From IMG/VR virus record IMGVR_UViG_3300042934_000658: a stretch of 35,247 nucleotides of DNA; one strand, written 5' to 3'. The translations under genes and the position numbers were made by a program. This document shows positions 1-8,786 of the stretch, piece after piece. Position 1 is the stretch's first letter, and every line of letters starts with the position of its first letter. Origin of the DNA: a virus. The notes beneath the pieces were generated by a model that saw nothing but the letters and a program-made list of their open reading frames with translations, did no database searches and was not told where the DNA came from.

Positions 1-127
1 TCTTGCATCCGCGACAGGTAAAACCGTTCGATAAATTCCAGAGGGTCTAAGCCCTCACTCTGACGTTTGGGTCCGGCTCCGCTCCGGCATCTTCATTCAA
101 TTTCCCGAACACACGCTTCTGAAGTTC
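1..127. repeat. Terminal direct repeat copy 1 (identical to 35121..35247); probable assembler overlap marking circular closure, giving a unique length of 35,120 bp
   Basis: Bases 1-127 (tcttgcatcc...gaagttc) recur exactly at 35121-35247. The repeat cuts through the tail chaperone gene rather than lying at a packaging site. Confidence 0.9.
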
Positions 128-370
128 TGTAAAGGTAGGCAGGATCTCATGAGAGGAAAGCCCTTCATACACATCATCCCGGGTGAATTTACCTTCAAAG
201 ACCTCCGCGATATAATCGGCCACGGAATCAATGGCTTCGACGTCCATATCAACCAAATTCATCGTCTTGTTAATTTCGATGGTCCGGCGCAGCATCCGCG
301 CATTGATGAACTCCACAACAAAGGTTTGTTCTTTCCCATTCTTTCGCAGTATAATTTCCACGGTTATCAT
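47..370 (-). CDS. Tail assembly chaperone, gpG-like (0-frame product)
   Basis: A 107-aa acidic ORF lies between the major tail protein and the tape measure. It contains an in-phase slippery heptamer near its 3' end with an open -1 frame downstream. Confidence 0.75.
   Translation of the reverse strand: MITVEIILRKNGKEQTFVVEFINARMLRRTIEINKTMNLVDMDVEAIDSVADYIAEVFEGKFTRDDVYEGLSSHEILPTFTELQKRVFGKLNEDAGAEPDPNVRVRA
65..71 (-). promoter_or_regulatory. Programmed -1 frameshift slippery heptamer C CCA AAC (plus strand gtttggg)
   Basis: On the minus strand the 0 frame reads GAC CCA AAC, which fits X XXY YYZ in the correct phase. The -1 frame stays open for about 60 more codons to TAG at 35003..35005 across the circular junction. 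Confidence 0.6.
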
Positions 371-392
371 CCTCTCAGGTTATGAAAAACAA

Positions 393-419
393 AAGGAGCA
401 CCCCTATGGAGTGCTCCTT
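393..419 (-). terminator. Intrinsic terminator after the major tail protein gene
   Basis: A 9-bp stem (aaggagcac / gtgctcctt) is followed on the minus strand by TTTTGTTTTT (plus-strand A-run 385..394). Confidence 0.6.
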
Positions 420-435
420 CCCGTACAACTCATTA

Positions 436-451
436 TCCCAAACGATTGGGA
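436..451 (-). repeat. Variant copy of the small hairpin element (tcccaaacgAttggga)
   Basis: It differs at one loop base from tcccaaacgcttggga at 24081..24096. It forms a 6-7 bp stem with a 4-nt loop and lies in the intergenic gap just after the major tail gene stop. Confidence 0.6.
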
Positions 452-463
452 TTATCCATTGAC

Positions 464-1345
464 CTAGGCCGTCGTGAATTTCGTGATGTTCGGCGCGGCC
501 AGCGCATTCCCGGTCTGATCCCGCACGCCCACACCCGCCATGGCCAGATACAGCGTAGCTGCCGTGAGATTCGCAGCAGGGGTGAAAGTGACGATCTTCT
601 TGGTCGCATCCAGAGAGAGCGAACCGGACACCGCACCGCTACCATCCGCCTTCTGCAGAATGAAGTTGGCCGGGATTACAGAGCTTTCCGCAAGCGCCTT
701 GCTGAAGGTCCATTTCATCGGTGCAGTCACAGCAACCGCCGTTGCATTGTTGGCCGGCAACGCGGTCAACGTTGGCGCTGTCGTATCGCCACTTAAGTTC
801 GGAACCTCATCGAACCAGGCATCCGCCAGAGCGAACCCGGCCTGATCATCGTCACCGGTCAATCTCCACTGGCTGTCAAAATCCCGGACAACAAAAGTGC
901 CTGTGATTTCCGGAGTCTGGAACGCCGGTGTATCTCCCTTGGTCTCGTAGGAATCTTCCGGAATGGAGAACTGACCTTTCAGCAGCCACACATACCGATA
1001 GCTACCGTTCGTCTTCACGCTGCGGAAGCCTACGGCCACGTAAGGCGCCGTATCCTCGGAACTGTCGATCAGCACGCCGCTTGAAATTTGTTTACCGAGC
1101 AAGTCGGCCTGTACCGGCAAGCTCAGATTGTCAACGCCGAGCGTGACCTCGATCCCGCCGATGCTGGTTGCTGTTTCTGACGGACCGTCATCGGCATACA
1201 GCGTTTCACTGTTCACCGTTGGTGTAATGGTCGCGGAAATGGCTTTTGCAATGCGGACCGGCGTTTCATACGAAATGGCGTCCCGGCTGTCTTCGATAAT
1301 CTTGGCATAGAACAAATCTCTCAAACCAATTTTTACTCCTGGCAT
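464..1345 (-). CDS. Major tail protein (phi13-like) with a C-terminal Ig-like (SbsA/Big_5-type) domain
   Basis: The N-terminus MPGVKIGLRDLFYAKI...ETPVRIAKAISATITP is typical of siphovirus major tail proteins. The C-terminal ~100 aa (WTFSKAL...VTFTPAANL...VRDQTGNAL) matches the Ig-like pattern. The gene sits upstream of the chaperone and tape measure. Confidence 0.85.
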   Translation of the reverse strand: MPGVKIGLRDLFYAKIIEDSRDAISYETPVRIAKAISATITPTVNSETLYADDGPSETATSIGGIEVTLGVDNLSLPVQADLLGKQISSGVLIDSSEDTAPYVAVGFRSVKTNGSYRYVWLLKGQFSIPEDSYETKGDTPAFQTPEITGTFVVRDFDSQWRLTGDDDQAGFALADAWFDEVPNLSGDTTAPTLTALPANNATAVAVTAPMKWTFSKALAESSVIPANFILQKADGSGAVSGSLSLDATKKIVTFTPAANLTAATLYLAMAGVGVRDQTGNALAAPNITKFTTA

Positions 1346-1347
1346 GG

Positions 1348-1725
1348 TTAATCCTCCTCATATCTGCGGACCGTCCGGTACCGCAGGGCTTTGTGATATA
1401 TTTTTGTATCATCTTCGAACAAATCCGCTCCGGAGTAACGGGCGAAGCCCGCCCCCTTCATCGCAGCATCCACTTCCGTTCCAACTTCCGCCGTCGAAGG
1501 GTCCATGCTCCATATATCCACTTGATAGTGGACCTCGCTGGAGTCGGCAGCATCTTCGGCATAATGATTATCGAAGTTGCTGAGCTCAAAGAATGTCACC
1601 CTTGGGAAGACATTCTCTTTGTCCTTCGGGACCCAGTGACGATAGATATGTTCGCCACCAAGCAGAGAAATCAGCTCAGTGCTCTCGCGTAGCGCTGCGG
1701 CGACTTCAGGAACCAGGTTAATCAT
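1348..1725 (-). CDS. Tail completion / tail terminator-like protein (DUF3168-like)
   Basis: A 125-aa ORF is positioned between the gp10-like gene and the major tail gene and overlaps the upstream gene by 4 nt. Confidence 0.55.
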   Translation of the reverse strand: MINLVPEVAAALRESTELISLLGGEHIYRHWVPKDKENVFPRVTFFELSNFDNHYAEDAADSSEVHYQVDIWSMDPSTAEVGTEVDAAMKGAGFARYSGADLFEDDTKIYHKALRYRTVRRYEED

Positions 1726-2111
1726 CGCAGCTCCCTCCGCACTGCTTCCGCCATGGCTTGCACCATCTGCACCGTGCTTTCCGCTGCAGCCGGACCCATG
1801 AACGGACGCGCAGGCTGTTTCGAAGTTCCAAACTCCAGGAACTTCCCATAAAAGAATTTGTTATTATCGCCGCGCTGCGGTCCAACCAGAATAAACTTCT
1901 GGCCATCCTCTGACCGCACATTGCTGACGATGATGTTATCTGCCAAATGCTCCTTTTGGCTGGCGCTGCGAGGCGCTCGAACGGCGGCAGCTGCCTTTAC
2001 GATCAAAGCCCCCGATCGCAGCGCCTTGTTCTCCGCCTTGGCCTTTTTGTCGGTCAGCCCTTCCAGCATCCGCCGGATCTCGTCCATCCCTTCCAGCTGT
2101 ATACTAGCCAC
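1722..2111 (-). CDS. HK97 gp10-family neck/tail component
   Basis: The N-terminus MASIQLEGMDEIRRMLEGL...KALRSGALIV is typical of the HK97 gp10 family. Overlapping stop/start coupling is present. Confidence 0.7.
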   Translation of the reverse strand: MASIQLEGMDEIRRMLEGLTDKKAKAENKALRSGALIVKAAAAVRAPRSASQKEHLADNIIVSNVRSEDGQKFILVGPQRGDNNKFFYGKFLEFGTSKQPARPFMGPAAAESTVQMVQAMAEAVRRELR

Positions 2112-2412
2112 CAGACCCCACCTCCTTCTGGCAGGTCAGCTCCAGCTCTTCGAAGCTGGTTGCATAGGTCCGAATCACCTTGTACCGGATGCCCTGGAAT
2201 TCAACCACCTGCTGATTGTCATACTCATAAGCATGAATCGTGAAGACCAGCTCCGGGCGCAATTGCAAGGCAGCTGCCGCGTAGAACTCTCCACGCCCCA
2301 CGGAATTCAGACCACATAGGATATCGATCTTCGTAGGAACCAGGATCGGGTCGGCGTTCGCATTCGTGCCGGACGTGAAGGAGACTAACGACAGCTCATG
2401 ATCATAGGTCAT
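2104..2412 (-). CDS. Head closure / head-tail joining protein
   Basis: A 102-aa ORF in the canonical position, with the pattern ...VFTIHAYEY...VEFQGIRYKVIRTY. Confidence 0.65.
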   Translation of the reverse strand: MTYDHELSLVSFTSGTNANADPILVPTKIDILCGLNSVGRGEFYAAAALQLRPELVFTIHAYEYDNQQVVEFQGIRYKVIRTYATSFEELELTCQKEVGSGG

Positions 2413-2687
2413 GTTGGCGGCCTCCCCGCATGCAGAATCATATTGTGGAGCCGGAACTGCAAATGCCGCGGCATCGCCCCGGATTCATCCCGGGACTGAT
2501 AGCGCCACGTTGCATAGTCTGCAAGAAAAAGAAGATGATTGTCGTTGTCGCTTTCCAGCAGCAACCCCTTTTCATCTTCCATTTCGGTAATGACTGATTT
2601 TGCAATGGCCGTCAGGTACGTATCCCGGACGGTGGTTGAGATCCCCAGCCTCGCCTTCACCAAATCGACTACCGCTTGGGCTTCCAT
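2409..2687 (-). CDS. gp6-like head-tail connector protein
   Basis: A 92-aa ORF lies immediately downstream of the capsid gene, with a DLVKARLGIS...DTYLTAI motif. Confidence 0.65.
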   Translation of the reverse strand: MEAQAVVDLVKARLGISTTVRDTYLTAIAKSVITEMEDEKGLLLESDNDNHLLFLADYATWRYQSRDESGAMPRHLQFRLHNMILHAGRPPT

Positions 2688-2688
2688 C

Positions 2689-4374
2689 TTAGGACTTGGT
2701 AACGGCTACGGTATACGTCCGGATGGTTGTGCCGTTGGTGACCTTGAATTCAACGGTATTTGCGCCAGTGGTCCAGGTTGCATTACCGCCGTTGCTCACA
2801 ACCGTTCCGTTCACCTTGATTTCAACCGTAGCATCCTCTTCAACTTCCGTTGCCGACACCGTGTTCGTGGTGTTCGTGGTTGTTGTGGAATACGCCAGCG
2901 TAGCAGGGTTAAATGCCGGAGACAGCGTCAAGCTGCCGATGGAAAGCGCCGACAGGTAGGAATCTTCCGGATTCGCATTGTCCGGCGCAAATGGCACGGA
3001 TGTCGTCGGGTTCGCGTTGTTGATGTTAATAACCACAAAGCCCCGGCCGATGACCGGTTCGCCATCGTAGCGAGCCGTTCCCTTAAACACCGTCTGATCC
3101 TCAATGAAGCGAACATGTTCCGACTGTGCCAGTTGAATACCTGCGCGTTCAGCCAGTAGGTACAGCTCGCCGTATCCTCCAACAATATCACCATCAGGGA
3201 TAAACTCCAGAATGACATGCTCCCCGCCGATAATCGGCATTGTCATGCCCATGGCCGTAGTCAATGCGCCAGCAGCATTCAGGCTGACCAGCTTGGCAAC
3301 CAATTGAGCATGGGTTTGGGTATTCATAGCCCAGAACTTAGATCCGGCTGTCGTATAGTTTGCCTTCGCTGCTGCTGCAGCCAGCACAAGCGAAGCGAAA
3401 AATTCCGCGGCTGTGCCGGATGCCTGGTTGAGCTTGAGCAAGTTTGAGGTATGCAGGTCTGTCCATGCCTGACGCTTGTCGGACCAGTCGGACGGTTTAA
3501 CCGTCTGAGCCAGGCGCGGCACAATACCCAGCGGCATCTTATTCCCGGTACCGTAGATGATCGCCTTATCTACCGCAAGACCGATAGATTGCGAAATGGC
3601 ATCTAAGATCAGGCCGATCAGATTTTCGTCGCTGTCCTCCAGGTTTGCATTGCAAATCGGAATGAACCCCCCGACCTTGTAGCCGTCTACTTCGATTTGA
3701 TTGAATACAAGAGCCAGATCGTTCAACCGGGCACAAGCTTCTGTCCAAATGGCTTCAGGAATGGCTCCCATGACGTTCTGCCGGGCCGTGCCCTTGACAG
3801 GCACAAGGTTAACGCGAGTAATCAGCTTACTGTACCGGTGCAGGTTGTCCCGAATCATGGAAAGCAGCACCAGTGGAACGGTCAGCTCCGACCCGCTCAC
3901 TGCCCGCTGCTGGGAAACCTTCGCTAGCTCGCGTACTTGCACCATAAATTCTTTGACTTCGTTCCGTTTTGCCAATGCCTCCCGCTGCTCAAACGACATA
4001 TCCTTAAACCGTACATTCATTCTTGCTTCGCCTCCCTGGTATGGTGTTCTGCTTCTTTGGTCCGGATCCCCGGAAGGTGCAGGCGCTGGTGTATTATCCG
4101 GTGCCTTATTGTTTAATTCGGCAAGCTCTGCTTCCAGCGTCGTGATCTCCGCCTGCAGGTCGCCTTTCTTCTTGTCCAGATCTTCCTGTTCGGTTTCGAT
4201 GGCGGTCACTTCTTCTTCTACCGCCGCGATTTCCTCGTCCGTCTTCGCTTCTTCCAGTGCCTTCTCTGCATCCGCGCTGCGTTTCTGCAGCGCCGTATCC
4301 TGCTCCAACAGTGGAGTAAGTAATGCCTTGCGCTGCTCGATCTTTTTGCCAAGCATGAGTTGTTTAAGAGCCAT
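2689..4374 (-). CDS. HK97-fold major capsid protein with an N-terminal coiled-coil delta region and a C-terminal cadherin-like beta-sandwich domain
   Basis: The 561-aa product has an N-terminal E/K/L-rich coiled coil. Its central region is typical of HK97 capsids (WTEACARL...GGFIPI...). The last ~90 aa (YLSALSIGSLTLSPAFNPATLAY...TYTVAVTKS) match the cadherin-like beta-sandwich pattern. Confidence 0.9.
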   Translation of the reverse strand: MALKQLMLGKKIEQRKALLTPLLEQDTALQKRSADAEKALEEAKTDEEIAAVEEEVTAIETEQEDLDKKKGDLQAEITTLEAELAELNNKAPDNTPAPAPSGDPDQRSRTPYQGGEARMNVRFKDMSFEQREALAKRNEVKEFMVQVRELAKVSQQRAVSGSELTVPLVLLSMIRDNLHRYSKLITRVNLVPVKGTARQNVMGAIPEAIWTEACARLNDLALVFNQIEVDGYKVGGFIPICNANLEDSDENLIGLILDAISQSIGLAVDKAIIYGTGNKMPLGIVPRLAQTVKPSDWSDKRQAWTDLHTSNLLKLNQASGTAAEFFASLVLAAAAAKANYTTAGSKFWAMNTQTHAQLVAKLVSLNAAGALTTAMGMTMPIIGGEHVILEFIPDGDIVGGYGELYLLAERAGIQLAQSEHVRFIEDQTVFKGTARYDGEPVIGRGFVVININNANPTTSVPFAPDNANPEDSYLSALSIGSLTLSPAFNPATLAYSTTTTNTTNTVSATEVEEDATVEIKVNGTVVSNGGNATWTTGANTVEFKVTNGTTIRTYTVAVTKS

Positions 4375-4957
4375 TCTTCTTCAACCTCGCTTTCAATTCG
4401 TTTTTTCTATGCTGCAGCTGCCGCGCTCGGTGCTGCGCGACTTCCGCCTGCCTTGCTTGGACACCCGTTGCTTCATATGCCGGGAAGGTAACAACGGAAA
4501 CCTCATGCAGATCAATTTCTTTGATGATCCATTTCACGGTTCCGTCATCTCGCCAGTCTGTTTCCTCGCGGATCACATTGAATCCAAACGAGCATTGATC
4601 CACATCCCCGCGCTTTACGCGCTGATACAGGTTGACTGCATCGCCATCGTCCGGGTTCACCCGGATACTTCCCCAAAGCCCGCGGGCGTCTGCTTTGAGA
4701 TCCAAGGTGCCCGACTTGTTTCGAGCCAGCACAAGCCGGCTTTCGTGGTTGATCAATGCCCGGATATCATTGCCTAAGGTGCCATCGAACGCGCCGGGTG
4801 AAATTTCTTCAAACGCGCCTGGCCATAGCTCGGTTTGCTGACTGCATACGGCGAAATAACCTTCAATCACCATATCCTCGCTGCCCGGATCTGCCCGGGT
4901 TTCCAACTTGCTCATAATGCCCCGGGTCATCCGCTGGTTTCTATCCATCCCCATCAC
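4364..4957 (-). CDS. HK97-family prohead serine protease (the true start may be an internal Met)
   Basis: The motif IEGYFAV...PGAFDGTL...RALINHE lies between the portal and capsid genes. Confidence 0.85.
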   Translation of the reverse strand: MMGMDRNQRMTRGIMSKLETRADPGSEDMVIEGYFAVCSQQTELWPGAFEEISPGAFDGTLGNDIRALINHESRLVLARNKSGTLDLKADARGLWGSIRVNPDDGDAVNLYQRVKRGDVDQCSFGFNVIREETDWRDDGTVKWIIKEIDLHEVSVVTFPAYEATGVQARQAEVAQHRARQLQHRKNELKARLKKNGS

Positions 4958-6143
4958 CTCCCTCCTGGTTCAGCTTTTTCTGATCTCCGATCATGCCGGC
5001 CGGAATGTAGTTCTCCAGAATGATCCGCTCATCCAGCCCCGCGAGAGGCGACAGGCCAATCCAATCCCGCACCTCGTTGCCGAGCATAAGGCTGCGGACA
5101 AACAAATTACTTCCAACGTCGGCCAGCTCCTTCAGGTCATAGGAGTACAGGCTGCGAGGATTAAACTTCAAATAATAATCTGGACTGATTAGCAGCTTCC
5201 GGGTCATTTCCTGTACAATCCCTGTAGCAAACGGTAGGATCTTCGTGTTGATGAAGGCATTGAACTCATCCTTCTTGAAGTCGCCGACGCCAACAAAAAA
5301 AGCCGGCACTCCGACGAGGCCCGCTACCGTCCGTTTATCCAGTTGTACTGCATCATTGATGGCCAGGTCATTCAGAGATAGTGGCTTGATCTGCTCCACC
5401 TTGATGAATTCTGCCGGAACGATCCAAGGCTTGCCGCCGCCCGTCTCCGAAATATACTTATTGAGTATTTCATCGCGGCCTTCCTTGCTGGATAGTTCTT
5501 CCGTCATGGCATCCACAGACACAATAACCGACGGTTTCCACTTATCCGACATGAATCCTTTTTTCGTGGCCGTCGCTTGCTTCAGATTATCTATGATGTC
5601 TTTCAGAACTACCCGGTACCCGGTTCCAATCCAAGGACGTTCCGGATCCGGATTGATCGTGAAATGCAAAACCTCATCATGATCATATGAATTTCCCTTG
5701 TACATCACCTGATACGCATCTGGCGTATCCATGAAGCTCACCCCGGACGGTTTCAGAGGAATCAGCTCATCGATAAGCCCATTCGACATCTTTGGGTACA
5801 CCACGCTGTTCCCGTCCCCTGGAAGCAGCAGCGTATAGACGATGTTATACATCCATGCTTTACGGGTCATGAGGCTATACGGGCTGATGTCCAGCTTGCG
5901 TGATAACTCATTCTTCACACGCACATCGCCTGCATCCGTGTTCTGCATCAAGTGGATGGTCATGGAGGAGATCAGGTCTGCGATTTTATCAACGGCCATT
6001 CTAACTTCCGGATTATCGGACAGCCGTGTATACCCCTTAACACAAAGCGTGCTGTGAGCATCGTCCGACAACAGCCATCCAATTGAATTCTGCGGTGCAG
6101 CGCGGCTTTTTGTCGCTGCAGCTGATTTCCGCTTCTTACTCAA
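4941..6143 (-). CDS. Portal protein (HK97 family)
   Basis: A 400-aa ORF directly downstream of terL with typical portal sequence character. Confidence 0.9.
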   Translation of the reverse strand: MSKKRKSAAATKSRAAPQNSIGWLLSDDAHSTLCVKGYTRLSDNPEVRMAVDKIADLISSMTIHLMQNTDAGDVRVKNELSRKLDISPYSLMTRKAWMYNIVYTLLLPGDGNSVVYPKMSNGLIDELIPLKPSGVSFMDTPDAYQVMYKGNSYDHDEVLHFTINPDPERPWIGTGYRVVLKDIIDNLKQATATKKGFMSDKWKPSVIVSVDAMTEELSSKEGRDEILNKYISETGGGKPWIVPAEFIKVEQIKPLSLNDLAINDAVQLDKRTVAGLVGVPAFFVGVGDFKKDEFNAFINTKILPFATGIVQEMTRKLLISPDYYLKFNPRSLYSYDLKELADVGSNLFVRSLMLGNEVRDWIGLSPLAGLDERIILENYIPAGMIGDQKKLNQEGGDGDG

Positions 6144-6148
6144 TCACT

Positions 6149-7870
6149 TCACCCTCCTTTCAGCCAGTTGTTTGCCGTATTGGATTTCTCAATGTCTTCA
6201 AGTTTCCGGACACATGCGAAAACAGAAGCATCGAAAATATCAATCCGCTGCTCCGGCATAATCTTCTCATATTGAATCATGTCATCCGTCTTCTCGATGG
6301 CCCCCACGTTCTGCAGACAATATTCGTAGGCGCTGGAATGCAGGTAATAGAACTTACCTTCCTTTGCCTTGGCCTCGATCCGCCGGAAGCCCTGCGATTT
6401 CCTCCAGAAATATTGAGGCTCATCGATCATACTGAATCCTGCCGTCTTCATTCCGACAAAGAATTCCCGGGAGAACTTACGGTCGAATCCGACCTGCTTG
6501 ATCTTGAACCCCATGGACTTCATCTTCTTGAACCAGTTCACGATATCGGCATAATTGACCACCGGGCTATTGCATAAATCTAACAATCCATCGTCCCGCC
6601 AACCAAACAACGGAATATTATCCTCATCCGCTTTCCTTGCAGCTGCCGTGATCGGGAACCAGGCGTGCGTAATGGTGATATCTACGCCCTCATACTCCCC
6701 GTATAACGCTCCGGCCGTAAGGTCATGCAGCTTGGATAAATCCGCCCCGCCATACCAAACGATGGGCAGCTTCGCCAGTTGCTCCATTGTCCAAGTGAAT
6801 TTTTTATCACTCGCCTTGAATTCATCAATATTGAAATAGGCCCGAACGGCTGCCGTGTACACATTCAGAGATTTAGCGAAGAAATCCTTTCGCTGCTGCG
6901 GATCGTTCTGAGCATCGTAGGCATCGTTTAAAATATCTTCCGGCCGAATGGTCACGCCGTAATTCGGATTGGCCTTCTCATGCTGCACGGGATCCGTATA
7001 ATCCACTTCGCCCGTTTCAGGATGTTCATCCGCTTTGGCAATGAATACAAAATAGGTTTCAGCCGTTACTGACTTATCCAGGATCTTCTTGCAGTACTGA
7101 AGCCGCTGGTAACAAAACGAAGTCATGTTATCGCCGGCTGTCGTGATGCCGATCATCAGCTTATTGGAATAAGCCTTCATCGCTTCCTTGATGATGTTGT
7201 ACTGCTTCGGCTTGCGGTAGGCGTGAAGCTCATCGGCAATCGCAATATTGCAGTTCAGGGAATCCTGATTGTCCGGATTCGCTGCCAGCGCCTTGATGTA
7301 CAGCGAACCATCGCCGAGATCCCCGCTGATGCTATGCTCCTGGTTGTTGTCCAGTACACGGAAGTTCTCTTTCTCCCCCATGTGGTCCAGGTTAAAGTTG
7401 ATGAAGTTGAAGCTCTGCAGCGATTGTTCCAGCGCAGCTCCAACAATATAGATCTTGGAACCGGATTTCCGGTTGAGCAGCGCCAGCGCCCACGATATCG
7501 CAGCGACAAAGCGAGTCTTCCCGTTCTTCCGAGGGATGAAGATGAACGCCTCTTTGTACCGCCTTAAGATGGTCCCTGTATGGAACCATCCGAGCAAGTT
7601 ATAGATGATGAACTTCTGCCACGGCTCCAATAAAAAAGGCTCCCCGCGTAACGGAGTGCCGTCTAATCGTTCGCCCTGATCATGAACAAACGTCCTTTCG
7701 ATGATGTTGATCACAAACTCGGCATCCTTGGACTTGAATTCGTATTTCGGATTCTCGAAATCATCCATGAATCGCTGACAGGCTTGAATCATTTCCTTGC
7801 CGGCTACTTTATCGCCGCTCAAAATACTCTTGGCATACTCCAGTACTACTTTGGAATTATCCGGAATCAC
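6149..7870 (-). CDS. terL: Terminase large subunit
   Basis: The 573-aa product has a Walker A-like FIPRKNGKT, a DELH Walker B-like motif and a C-terminal nuclease region. Confidence 0.95.
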   Translation of the reverse strand: MIPDNSKVVLEYAKSILSGDKVAGKEMIQACQRFMDDFENPKYEFKSKDAEFVINIIERTFVHDQGERLDGTPLRGEPFLLEPWQKFIIYNLLGWFHTGTILRRYKEAFIFIPRKNGKTRFVAAISWALALLNRKSGSKIYIVGAALEQSLQSFNFINFNLDHMGEKENFRVLDNNQEHSISGDLGDGSLYIKALAANPDNQDSLNCNIAIADELHAYRKPKQYNIIKEAMKAYSNKLMIGITTAGDNMTSFCYQRLQYCKKILDKSVTAETYFVFIAKADEHPETGEVDYTDPVQHEKANPNYGVTIRPEDILNDAYDAQNDPQQRKDFFAKSLNVYTAAVRAYFNIDEFKASDKKFTWTMEQLAKLPIVWYGGADLSKLHDLTAGALYGEYEGVDITITHAWFPITAAARKADEDNIPLFGWRDDGLLDLCNSPVVNYADIVNWFKKMKSMGFKIKQVGFDRKFSREFFVGMKTAGFSMIDEPQYFWRKSQGFRRIEAKAKEGKFYYLHSSAYEYCLQNVGAIEKTDDMIQYEKIMPEQRIDIFDASVFACVRKLEDIEKSNTANNWLKGG

Positions 7871-8217
7871 TTAAGACCCTTCAAAGCTTCAGCCAGAGAA
7901 GACTTCTTCTCTTTTTCAATGGTGACACTCTCAATGGACTTCGGATTGAGACACAAACGATCGGAGTATGCCAGTATATCCTTTCGCAGCGTCTCCAGAG
8001 TTGCAACAATCGGGCTTTTTTTTGCACCTCCTTGATCCGTGCTGACCTCATATTTAAAACCGCTCTCTTCAAATTCCTCCGTCAACGTGTTGTACTGAAA
8101 CACGAGTTCGGAATAGATCTCAATCAGGCGATTATACTGGGGTTTATGCACTTTCAGGGATTTCATATCCGCAATCGTTGCCCGCTTAATCGTCTCCTTC
8201 GTCGGCGACCTCGCCAT
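7867..8217 (-). CDS. terS: Terminase small subunit (P27-like)
   Basis: The ORF overlaps the terL start by 4 nt. I chose the ATG at 8217 because it follows GGGAGGTGA, rather than the longer track ORF that starts at 8277. Confidence 0.7.
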   Translation of the reverse strand: MARSPTKETIKRATIADMKSLKVHKPQYNRLIEIYSELVFQYNTLTEEFEESGFKYEVSTDQGGAKKSPIVATLETLRKDILAYSDRLCLNPKSIESVTIEKEKKSSLAEALKGLK

Positions 8218-8328
8218 GCTCTCACCTCCCATATTTTGTAATTTATACGTCCAAAAAAGTTTTTCGGGGAAACGCACTATTGGAAAAGGCTGCCCCCTCC
8301 GGTCCCCGTTTTTCTGAAAAAAATATTT

Positions 8329-8649
8329 TTAAGGTGGGGGGGTCTGAACTTTTTTGAAAAATATTTCAAAATCTTTTAAAACTTTTTCCTGCCAGGCCAA
8401 ACCCAAAGCAGTCAGCTCATGAGTGATCCGGTCATGCATCGCGTTGTGCTGTTTATCCGACAGTGAGATCAGGTTCCAGCTCTCCAGCGCCAACTGTGGG
8501 TAATACTCCAGCGGATAGATATGATGTACCGTTGTAGCCGGTTCGGTCTTACCGTACCTTTTGCTTTGCTGACACAAGTATTCATCCCTCCGGAGAACCG
8601 CTTCCCGCTTCCGTTTCCACCTCTTTGACTTGTAAAAAGCCTGCGCCAT
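8329..8649 (-). CDS. HNH endonuclease (packaging-associated)
   Basis: The product contains ...LRRDEYLCQ...VHHIYPL...NLISLSDKQHNAMH. The ATG at 8649 is preceded by GGAGGTGAAGGG, whereas the longer track ORF would begin at a TTG inside the repeated 17-mer. Confidence 0.85.
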   Translation of the reverse strand: MAQAFYKSKRWKRKREAVLRRDEYLCQQSKRYGKTEPATTVHHIYPLEYYPQLALESWNLISLSDKQHNAMHDRITHELTALGLAWQEKVLKDFEIFFKKVQTPPP

Positions 8650-8670
8650 CCCTTCACCTCCATTCCCGAT

Positions 8671-8700
8671 AAAATAAAAAGAGCCGCTTCTCAGCGACCC
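8671..8700 (-). terminator. Terminator-like hairpin plus U-tract in the leader of the late operon
   Basis: The minus strand reads GGGTCGC-TGAGAA-GCGGCTC (7 bp with two G-U pairs) followed by TTTTTATTTTAT. It lies between the putative late promoter and the HNH start codon. Confidence 0.45.
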
Positions 8701-8712
8701 TTCCGATATCCC

Positions 8713-8729
8713 CAAACGCTTGGGAATTT
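8713..8729. repeat. 17-mer caaacgcttgggaattt, copy 1 of 3 perfect copies
   Basis: The same string occurs at 12828..12844 and 24084..24100, with near-copies at 436..451 and 13451..13469. It contains a cccaa/ttggg hairpin. Confidence 0.85.
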
Positions 8730-8757
8730 GTTTCTATATACCTTTGACAACAATACC

Positions 8758-8766
8758 ATTTTAGCA
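8758..8766 (-). promoter_or_regulatory. Putative late promoter extended -10 (TGcTAAAAT) without a recognisable -35
   Basis: The minus strand reads ccgTGcTAAAATgg. The proximal 16-bp direct repeat occupies the -35 region. Confidence 0.4.
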
Positions 8767-8786
8767 CGGCAATATACCCCTTGTTG

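Noticed and set aside
1-127. A biological direct terminal repeat or cos end at the window edges
   Set aside because: The repeat interrupts the chaperone gene and its length equals a common assembler k-mer. The packaging genes and candidate cos lie about 8 kb away.
3701-4777. A 358-aa plus-strand ORF spanning the capsid/protease region
   Set aside because: It is antisense to two strongly supported structural genes. The product is Ser/Ala/Cys-rich and low-complexity with no RBS, a typical shadow ORF.
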